DNA of 64,000 bases, from the NCBI RefSeq assembly GCF_009914755.1, contig NC_060943.1; one strand, given 5' to 3'. The position numbers and the translations under genes are program-made. The notes under the pieces were generated by a model. It made no database searches. It saw only the letters and a program-made list of their open reading frames with translations, and was not told the origin of the DNA. This DNA is from the human T2T-CHM13v2.0 reference genome, Homo sapiens. How positions within the stretch are numbered: the stretch's first letter is position 1; each line of letters opens with the position of its first letter. Below, in pieces: positions 41,001 to 51,720 of the stretch.

Positions 41001-41460
41001 AGATTAGGAAATATCTTCCTATAGAAACTAGACAGAATGATTCTGAGAAATCCTTTGTGATGTGTGCGTTCAACTCACAGAGTTTAACCTTTCTTTTCAT
41101 AGAGCAGTTAGGAAACACTCTGTTTGTAAAGTCTGCAAGTGGATATTCAGACCTCCTTGAGGCCTTCGTTGGAAACGGGATTTCTTCATATTATGCTAGA
41201 CAGAGGAATTCTCAGGAACTTCCTTGTGTTGTGTGTATTCAACTCACAGAGTTGAACGATCCTTTACACAGAGCAGACTTGAAACACTCTTTTTGTGGAA
41301 TTTGCAAGTGGAGATTTCAGCCGCTTTGAGTTCAATGGTAGAATAGGAAATATCTTCCTATAGAAACTACACAGAATGATTCTCAGAAACTGCTTTGTGA
41401 TGTGTGCGTTCAACTCACAGAGTTCAACCTTTCTTTTCATAGAGCAGTTGGGAAACACTC
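21200..41460. repeat. Large (~10-11 kb) tandem block duplication: ~21.2-31.95 kb versus ~32.05-41.46 kb
   Basis: Same order of rare variants at offset 11219 (23402/34621, 23663/34882, 24195/35414, 27876/39095), then at offset ~9515-9519 after the 1.7-kb internal duplication (GCCACTT 30449/39964, AAAAGGG 30642/40157, 1-bp deletion ~31536/~41051). Confidence 0.85.
26680..30116. repeat. Local tandem duplication, period 1700 bp (5 dimers), 2 copies
   Basis: TGTAACGTCT at 27876/29576 and GAAACTTTCT at 28308/30008. The sister block at 37.9-39.6 kb carries only one copy. Confidence 0.9.
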
Positions 41461-44400
41461 TGTTTGTAAAGTCTGCAAGTGGATATTCAGACTTCTTTGA
41501 GGCCTTCGTTGGAAGCGGGATTTCTTCATATTCTGCTAGACAGAAGAATTCTCAGTAACTTCCTTGTGTTGTGTGTATTCAACTCACAGAGTTGAACGAT
41601 CCTTTACACAGAGCAGACTTGAAACACTCTTTTTGTGGAATTTGCAAGTGGAGATTTCAGCCGCTTTGAGGTCAATGGTAGAATAGGAAATATCTTCCTA
41701 TAGAAACTAGACAGAATGATTCTCAGAAACTCCTTTGTGATGTGTGCGTTCAACTCACAGAGTTCAACCTTTCTTTTCATAGAGCAGTTGGGAAACACTC
41801 TGTTTGTAAAGTCTGCAAGTGGATATTCAGACTTCTTTGAGGCCTTCGTTGGAAGCGGGATTTCTTCATGTTCTGCTAGACAGAAGAATTCTCAGAAACT
41901 TCCTTGTGTTGTGTGTTTTCAACTCACAGAGTTGAACGATCCTTTACACAGAGCAGACTTGAAACACTCCTTTTGTGGTATTTGCAAGTGGAGATTTCAG
42001 CCGCTTTGAGGTCAATGGTAGAATAGGAAATATCTTCCTATAGAAAGTAGACAGAATGATTCTCAGAAACTCCTTTGTGATGTGTGCGTTCAACTCACAG
42101 AGTTTAACCTTTCTTTTCATAGAGCAGTTAGGAAACACTCTGTTTGTAAAGTCTGCAAGTGGATATTCAGACCTCCTTGAGGCCTTCGTTGGAAACAGGA
42201 TTTCTTCATATTCTGCTAGACAGTAGAATTCTCAGTAACTTCCTTGTGTTGTGTGTATTCAACTCACAGAGTTGAACGATCCTTTACACAGAGCAGACTT
42301 GAAACACTCTTTTTGTGGAATTTGCAAGTGGAGATTTCAGCCGCTTTGAGTTCAATGGTAGAATAGGAAATATCTTCCTATAGAAACTAGACAGAATGAT
42401 TCTCAGAAACTCCTTTGTGATGTGTGCGTTCAACTCACAGAGTTCAACCTTTCTTTTCATAGAGCAGTTGGGAAACACTCTGTTTGTAAAGTCTGCAAGT
42501 GGATATTCAGACTTCTTTGAGGCCTTCGTTGGAAGCGGGATTTCTTCATATTCTGCTAGACAGAAGAATTCTCAGTAACTTCCTTGTGTTGTGTGTATTC
42601 AACTCACAGAGTTGAACGATCCTTTACACAGAGCAGACTTGAAACACTCTTTTTGTGGAATTTGCAAGTGGAGATTTCAGCCGCTTTGAGGTCAATGGTA
42701 GAATAGGAAATATCTTCCTATAGAAAGTAGACAGAATGATTCTCAGAAACTCCTTTGTGATGTGTGCGTTCAACTCACAGAGTTTAACCTTTCTTTTCAT
42801 AGAGCAGTTAGGAAACACTCTGTTTGTAAAGTCTGCAAGTGGATATTCAGACCTCCTTGAGGCCTTCGTTGGAAACGGGATTTCTTCATATTATGCTAGA
42901 CAGAAGAATTCTCAGTAACTTCCTTGTGTTGTGTGTATTCAACTCACAGAGTTGAACGATCCTTTACACAGAGCAGACTTGAAACACTCTTTTTGTGGAA
43001 TTTGCAAGTGGAGATTTCAGCCGCTTTGAGGTCAATGGTAGAATAGGAAATATCTTCATATAGAAATTAGACAGAATGATTCTCAGAAACTCCTTTGTGA
43101 TGTGTGCGTTCAACTCACACAGTTTAACCTTTCTTTTCATAGAGCAGTTAGGAAACACTGTGTTTGTATAGTCTGCAAGTGGATATTCAGACCTCCTTGA
43201 GGCATTCGTTGGAAACGGGATTTCTTCATATTCTGCTAGACAGAAGAATTCTCAGTAACTTCCTTGTGTTGTGTGTATTCAACTCACAGAGTTGAACGAT
43301 CCTTTACACAGAGCCGACTTGAAACACTCTTTTTGTGGAATTTGCAAGTGGAGATTTCAGCCGCTTTGAGTTCAATGGTAGAATAGGAAATATCTTCCTA
43401 TAGAAACTAGACAGAATGATTCTCAGAAACTCCTTTGTGATGTGTGCGTTCAACTCACAGAGTTCAACCTTTCTTTTCATAGAGCAGTTGGGAAACACTC
43501 TGTTTGTAAAGTCTGCAAGTGGATATTCAGACTTCTTTGAGACCTTCGTTGGAAACGGGATTTCTTCATGTTCTGCTAGACAGAAGAATTCTCAGAAACT
43601 TCCTTGTGTTGTGTGTTTTCAACTCACAGAGTTGAACGATCCTTTACACAGAGCAGACTTGAAACACTCCTTTTGTGGAATTTGCAAGTGGAGATTTCAG
43701 CCGCTTTGAGGTCAATGGTAGAATAGGAAATATCTTCCTATAGAAAGTAGACAGAATGATTCTCAGAAACTCCTTTGTGATGTGTGCGTTCAACTCACAG
43801 AGTTTAACCTTTCTTTTCATAGAGCAGTTAGGAAACACTCTGTTTGTAAAGTCTGCAAGTGGATATTCAGACCTCCTTGAGGCCTTCGTTGGAAACGGGA
43901 TTTCTTCATATTATGCTAGACAGAAGAATTCTCAGTAACTTCCTTGTGTTGTGTGTATTCAACTCACAGAGTTGAACGATCCTTTACACAGAGCAGACTT
44001 GAAACACTCTTTTTGTGGAATTTGCAAGTGGAGATTTCAGCCGCTGTGAGTTCAATGGTAGAATAGGAAATATCTTCCTATAGAAACTAGACAGAATGAT
44101 TCTCAGAAACTCCTTTGTGATGTGTGCGTTCAACTCACAGAGTTCAACCTTTCTTTTCATAGAGCAGTTGGGAAACACTCTGTTTGTAAAGTCTGCAAGT
44201 GGATATTCAGACTTCTTTGAGGCCTTCGTTGGAAGCGGGATTTCTTCATATTCTGCTAGACAGAAGAATTCTCAGTAACTGCCTTGTGTTGTGTGTATTC
44301 AACTCACAGAGTTGAACGATCCTTTACACAGAGCAGACTTGAAACACTCTTTTTGTGGAATTTGCAAGTGGAGATTTCAGCCGTTTTGAGGTCAATGGTA

Positions 44401-47400
44401 GAATAGGAAATATCTTCCTATAGAAACTAGACAGAATGATTCTCAGAAACTCCTTTGTGATGTGTGCGTTCAACTCACAGAGTTTAACCTTTCTTTTCAT
44501 AGAGCAGTTAGGAAACACTCTGATTGTAAAGTCTGCAAGTGGATATTCAGACCTCCTTGAGGCCTTCGTTGGAAACGGGATTTCTTCATATTATGCTAGA
44601 CAGAAGAATTCTCAGTAACTTCCTTGTGTTGTGTGTATTCAACTCACAGAGTTGAACGATCCTTTACACAGAGCAGACTTGAAACACTCTTTTTGTGGAA
44701 TTTGCAAGTGGAGATTTCAGCCGCTCTGAGGTCAATGGTAGAATAGGAAATATCTTCCTATAGAAACTAGACAGAATGATTCTCAGAAACTCCTTTGTGA
44801 TGTGTGCGTTCAACTCACAGAGTTCAACCTTTCTTTTCATAGAGCAGTTGGGAAACACTCTGTTTGTAAAGTCTGCAAGTGGATATTCAGACTTCTTTGA
44901 GGCCTTCGTTGGAAGCGGGATTTCTTCATATTCTGCTAGACAGAAGAATTCTCAGTAACTGCCTTGTGTTGTGTGTATTCAACTCACAGAGTTGAACGAT
45001 CCTTTACACAGAGCAGACTTGAAACACTCTTTTTGTGGAACTTGCAAGTGGAGATTTCAGCCGCTTTGAGGTCAAAGGTAGAATAGGAAATATCTTCCTA
45101 TAGAAACTAGACAGAATGATTCTCAGAAACTCCTTTGTGATGTGTGCGTTCAACTCACAGAGTTTAACCTTTCTTTTCATAGAGCAGTTGGGAAACACTC
45201 TGTTTGTAAAGTCTGCAAGTGGATATTCAGACTTCTTTGAGGCTTTCGTTGGAAACGGGATTTCTTCATATTCTGCTAGAAAGAAGAATTCTCAGTAACT
45301 TCCTTGTGTTGTGTGTATTCAACTCACAGAGTTGCACGATCCTTTACACAGAGCAGACTTGAAACACTCTTTTTGTGGAATTTGCAAGTGGAGATTTCAG
45401 CCGCTTTGAGGTCAATGGTAGAATAGGAAATATCTTCCTATAGAAACTAGACAGAATGATTCTCAGAAACTCCTTTGTGATGTGTGCGTTCAACTCACAG
45501 AGTTCAACCTTTCTTTTCATAGAGCAGTTGGGAAACACTCTGTTTGTAAAGTCTGCAAGTGGATATTCAGACTTCTTTGAGGCCTTCGTTGGAAGCGGGA
45601 TTTCTTCATATTCTGCTAGACAGAAGAATTCTCAGTAACTGCCTTGTGTTGTGTGTATTCAACTCACAGAGTTGAACGATCCTTTACACAGAGCAGACTT
45701 GAAACACTCTTTTTGTGGAATTTGCAAGTGGAGATTTCAGCCGCTTTGAGGTCAATGGTAGAATAGGAAATATCTTCCTATAGAAACTAGACAGAATGAT
45801 TCTCAGAAACTCCTTTGTGATGTGTGCGTTCAACTCACAGAGTTTACCCTTTCTTTTCATAGAGCAGTTAGGAAACACTCTGTTTGTAAAGTCTGCAAGT
45901 GGATATTCAGACATCCTTGAGGCTTTCGTTGGAAACGGGATTTCTTCATATTCTGCCAGAAAGAAGAATTCTCAGTAACTTCCTTGTGTTGTGTGTATTC
46001 AACTCACAGAGTTGAACGATCCTTTACACAGAGCAGACTTGAAACACTCTTTTTGTGGAATTTGCAAGTGGTGATTTCAGCCGCTGTGAGGTCAATGGTA
46101 GAATAGGAAATATCTTCCTATAGAAACTAGACAGAATGATTCTCAGAAACTCCTTTGTGATGTGTGCGTTCAACTCACAGAGTTTAACCTTTCTTTTCAT
46201 AGAGCAGTTGGGAAACACTCTGTTTGTAAAGTCTGCAAGTGGATATTCAGACATCCTTGAGGCTTTCGTTGGAAACGGGATTTCTTCATATTCTGCTAGA
46301 AAGAAGAATTCTCAGTAACTTCCTTGTGTTGTGTGTATTCAACTCACAGAGTTGAACGATCCTTTACACAGAGCAGACTTGAAACACTCTTTTTGTGGAA
46401 TTTGCAAGTGGAGATTTCAGCCGCTTTGAGTTCAATGGTAGAATAGGAAATATCTTCCTATAGAAACTAGACAGAATGATTCTCAGAAACTCCTTTGTGA
46501 TGTGTGCGTTCAACTCACAGAGTTCAACCTTTCTTTTCATAGAGCAGTTGGGAAACACTCTGTTTGTAAAGTCTGCAAGTGGATATTCAGACTTCTTTGA
46601 GGCCTTCGTTGGAAGCGGGATTTCTTCATATTCTGCTAGACAGAAGAATTCTCAGAAACTTCCTTGTGTTGTGTGTTTTCAACTCACAGAGTTGAACGAT
46701 CCTTTACACAGAGCAGACTTGAAACACTCCTTTTGTGGAATTTGCAAGTGGAGATTTCAGCCGCTTTGAGGTCAATGGTAGAATAGGAAATATCTTCCTA
46801 TAGAAAGTAGACAGAATGATTCTCAGAAACTCCTTTGTGATGTGTGCGTTCAACTCACAGAGTTTAACCTTTCTTTTCATAGAGCAGTTAGGAAACACTC
46901 TGTTTGTAAAGTCTGCAAGTGGATATTCAGACCTCCTTGAGGCCTTCGTTGGAAACGGGATTTCTTCATATTATGCTAGACAGAAGAATTCTCAGTAACT
47001 TCCTTGTGTTGTGTGTATTCAACTCACAGAGTTGAACGATCCTTTACACAGAGCAGACTTGAAACACTCTTTTTGTGGAATTTGCAAGTGGAGATTTCAG
47101 CCGCTTTGAGTTCAATGGTAGAATAGGAAATATCTTCCTATAGAAACTAGACAGAATGATTCTCAGAAACTCCTTTGTGATGTGTGCGTTCAACTCACAG
47201 AGTTTAACCTTTCTTTTCATAGAGCAGTTGGGAAACACTCTGTTTGTAAAGTCTGCAAGTGGATATTCAGACATCCTTGAGGCTTTCGTTGGAAACGGGA
47301 TTTCTTCATATTCTGCTAGAAAGAAGAATTCTCAGTAACTTCCTTGTGTTGTGTGTATTCAACTCACAGAGTTGCACGATCCTTTACACAGAGCAGACTT

Positions 47401-50400
47401 GAAACACTCTTTTTGTGGAATTTGCAAGTGGAGATTTCAGCCGCTTTGAGGTCAATGGTAGAATAGGAAATATCTTCCTATAGAAACTAGACAGAATGAT
47501 TCTCAGAAACTTCTTTGTGATGTGTGCGTTCAACTCACAGAGTTTAACCTTTCTTTTCATAGAGCAGTTAGGAAACACTCTGTTTGTAAAGTCTGCAAGT
47601 GGATATTCAGACCTCCTTGAGGCCTTCGTTGGAAGCGGGATTTCTTCATGTTCTGCTAGACAGAAGAATTCTCAGAAACTTCCTTGTGTTGTGTGTTTTC
47701 AACTCACAGAGTTGAACGATCCTTTACACAGAGCAGACTTGAAACACTCCTTTTGTGGAATTTGCAAGTGGAGATTTCAGCCGCTTTGAGGTCAATGGTA
47801 GAATAGGAAATATCTTCCTATAGAAAGTAGACAGAATGATTCTCAGAAACTCCTTTGTGATGTGTGCGTTCAACTCACAGAGCTTAACCTTTCTTTTCAT
47901 AGAGCAGTTAGGAAACACTCTGTTTGTAAAGTCTGCAAGTGGATATTCAGACCTCCTTGAGGCCTTCGTTGGAAGCGGGATTTCTTCATGTTCTGCTAGA
48001 CAGAAGAATTCTCAGAAACTTCCTTGTGTTGTGTGTTTTCAACTCACAGAGTTGAACGATCCTTTACACAGAGCAGACTTGAAACACTCTTTTTGTGGAA
48101 TTTGCAAGTGGAGATTTCAGCCGCTTTGAGGTCAATGGTAGAATAGGAAATATCTTCCTATAGAAACTAGACAGAATGATTCTGAGAAATCCTTTGTGAT
48201 GTGTGCGTTCAACTCACAGACGTTAACCTTTCTTTTCATAGAGCAGTTGGGAAACACTCTGTTTGTAAAGTCTGCAAGTGGATATTCAGACCTCCTTGAG
48301 GCCTTCGTTGGAAACGGGATTTCTTCATATTATGCTAGACAGAGGAATTCTCAGGAACTTCCTTGTGTTGTGTGTATTCAACTCACAGAGTTGAACGATC
48401 CTTTACACAGAGCAGACTTGAAACACTCTTTTTGTGGAATTTGCAAGTGGAGATTTCAGCCGCTTTGAGTTCAATGGTAGAATAGGAAATATCTTCCTAT
48501 AGAAACTACACAGAATGATTCTCAGAAACTGCTTTGTGATGTGTGCGTTCAACTCACAGAGTTCAACCTTTCTTTTCATAGAGCAGTTGGGAAACACTCT
48601 GTTTGTAAAGTCTGCAAGTGGATATTCAGACTTCTTTGAGGCCTTCGTTGGAAGCGGGATTTCTTCATATTCTGCTAGACAGAAGAATTCTCAGTAACTT
48701 CCTTGTGTTGTGTGTATTCAACTCACAGAGTTGAACGATCCTTTACACAGAGCAGACTTGAAACACTCTTTTTGTGGAATTTGCAAGTGGAGATTTCAGC
48801 CGCTTTGAGGTCAATGGTAGAATAGGAAATATCTTCCTATAGAAACTAGACAGAATGATTCTCAGAAACTCCTTTGTGATGTGTGCGTTCAACTCACAGA
48901 GTTCAACCTTTCTTTTCATAGAGCAGTTGGGAAACACTCTGTTTGTAAAGTCTGCAAGTGGATACTCAGACTTCTTTGAGGCCTTCGTTGGAAGCGGGAT
49001 TTCTTCATGTTCTGCTAGACAGAAGAATTCTCAGAAACTTCCTTGTGTTGTGTGTTTTCAACTCACAGAGTTGAACGATCCTTTACACAGAGCAGACTTG
49101 AAACACTCCTTTTGTGGTATTTGCAAGTGGAGATTTCAGCCGCTTTGAGGTCAATGGTAGAATAGGAAATATCTTCCTATAGAAAGTAGACAGAATGATT
49201 CTCAGAAACTCCTTTGTGATGTGTGCGTTCAACTCACAGAGTTTAACCTTTCTTTTCATAGAGCAGTTAGGAAACACTCTGTTTGTAAAGTCTGCAAGTG
49301 GATATTCAGACCTCCTTGAGGCCTTCGTTGGAAACAGGATTTCTTCATATTCTGCTAGACAGAAGAATTCTCAGTAACTTCCTTGTGTTGTGTGTATTCA
49401 ACTCACAGAGTTGAACGATCCTTTACACAGAGCAGACTTGAAACACTCTTTTTGTGGAATTTGCAAGTGGAGATTTCAGCCGCTGTGAGTTCAATGGTAG
49501 AATAGGAAATATCTTCCTATAGAAACTAGACAGAATGATTCTCAGAAACTCCTTTGTGATGTGTGCGTTCAACTCACAGAGTTCAACCTTTCTTTTCATA
49601 GAGCAGTTGGGAAACACTCTGTTTGTAAAGTCTGCAAGTGGATATTCAGACTTCTTTGAGGCCTTCGTTGGAAGCGGGATTTCTTCATATTCTGCTAGAC
49701 AGAAGAATTCTCAGTAACTGCCTTGTGTTGTGTGTATTCAACTCACAGAGTTGAACGATCCTTTACACAGAGCAGACTTGAAACACTCTTTTTGTGGAAT
49801 TTGCAAGTGGAGATTTCAGCCGCTTTGAGGTCAATGTTAGAATAGGAAATATCTTCCTATAGAAACTAGACAGAATGATTCCCAGAAACTCCTTTGTGAT
49901 GTGTGCGTTCAACTCACAGAGTTTAACCTTTCTTTTCATAGAGCAGTTAGGAAACACTCTGATTGTAAAGTCTGCAAGTGGATATTCAGACCTCCTTGAG
50001 GCCTTCGTTGGAAACGGGATTTCTTCATATTATGCTAGACAGAAGAATTCTCAGTAACTTCCTTGTGTTGTGTGTATTCAACTCACAGAGTTGAACGATC
50101 CTTTACACAGAGCAGACTTGAAACACTCTTTTTGTGGAATTTGCAAGTGGAGATTTCAGCCGCTCTGAGGTCAATGGTAGAATAGGAAATATCTTCCTAT
50201 AGAAACTAGACAGAATGATTCTCAGAAACTCCTTTGTGATGTGTGCGTTCAACTCACAGAGTTCAACCTTTCTTTTCATAGAGCAGTTGGGAAACACTGT
50301 GTTTGTAAAGTCTGCAAGTGGATATTCAGACTTCTTTGAGGCCTTCGTTGGAAGCGGGATTTCTTCATATTCTGCTAGACAGAAGAATTCTCAGTAACTG

Positions 50401-51335
50401 CCTTGTGTTGTGTGTATTCAACTCACAGAGTTGAACGATCCTTTACACAGAGCAGACTTGACACACTCTTTTTGTGGAATTTGCAAGTGGAGATTTCAGC
50501 CGCTTTGAGGTCAATGGTAGAATAGGAAATATCTTCCTATAGAAACTAGACAGAATGATTCTCAGAAACTCCTTTGTGATGTGTGCGTTCAACTCACAGA
50601 GTTTACCCTTTCTTTTCATAGAGCAGTTAGGAAACACTCTGTTTGTAAAGTCTGCAAGTGGATATTCAGACATCCTTGAGGCTTTCGTTGGAAACGGGAT
50701 TTCTTCATATTCTGCCAGAAAGAAGAATTCTCAGTAACTTCCTTGTGTTGTGTGTATTCAACTCACAGAGTTGAACGATCCTTTACACAGAGCAGACTTG
50801 AAACACACTTTTTGTGGAATTTGCAAGTGGAGATTTCAGCCGCTTTGAGGTCAATGGTAGAATAGGAAATATCTTCCTATAGAAACTAGACAGAATGATT
50901 CTCAGAAACTCCTTTGTGATGTGTGCGTTCAACTCACAGAGTTTAACCTTTCTTTTCATAGAGCAGTTAGGAAACACTCTGTTTGTACAGTCTGCAAGTG
51001 GATATTCAGACATCCTTGAGGCTTTCGTTGAAAACGGGATTTCTTCATATTCTGCTAGACAGAAGAATTCTCAGTAACTTCCTTCTGTTGTGTGTATTCA
51101 ACTCACAGAGTTGAACGATCCTTTACACAGAGCAGTCTTGAAACACTCTTTTTGTGGAATTTGCAAGTGGAGATTTCAGCCGCTTTGTGGTCAATGGTAG
51201 AATAGGAAATATCTTCCTATAGAAACTAGACAGAATGATTCTCAGAAACTCCTTTGTGATGTGGGCGTTCAACTCACAGAGTTTAACCTTTCTTTTCATA
51301 GAGCAGTTAGGAAACACTCTGTTTGTAAAGTCTGC

Positions 51336-51720
51336 ATGTGGATATTTGGACTTCTTTGAGGCCTTCTTTGGAAACGGGTTTTTTTCATGTAAGGCTAGAC
51401 AGAAGAATTCCCAGTAACTTCCTTGTGTTGTGTGCATTCAACTCACAGAGATGAACGTTCCCTTAGACAGAGCAGATTTGAAACACTCTATTTGTGTAAT
51501 TTGCAAGTGTAGATTTCAAGCGCTTTAAGGTCAATGGCAGAAAAGGATATATCTCCGTTTCAAAACTAGACAGAATCATTCCCACAAACTGCGTTGTGAT
51601 GTGTTCGTTCAACTCACAGAGTTTAACCTTTCTGTTCATAGAGCAGTTAGGAAACACTCTGTTTGTAAAGTCTGTAAGTGGATATTCTGACATCTTGTGG
51701 CCTTCGTTGGAAACGGGATT
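51336..51720. repeat. Island of divergent SF1 alpha-satellite monomers (other monomer types of the longer parental HOR) embedded in the dimer array
   Basis: Dozens of substitutions plus a 1-bp deletion within ~390 bp (TTTTTTTCATGTAAGGCTAGAC, AACGTTCCCTTAGACAGAGCAGATTTG, TTTCAAGCGCTTTAAGG, AATCATTCCCACAAACTGCGTTG, TTCTGACATCTTGTGGCC), against only a handful of differences between ordinary dimers. The 340-bp phase is retained. Confidence 0.9.

Noticed and set aside
51336-51720. Possible transposon or foreign insertion at the divergent segment
   Set aside because: It aligns colinearly to alpha-satellite, keeps the dimer phase (-1 bp), and has no target-site duplication, poly(A) or L1/Alu sequence.
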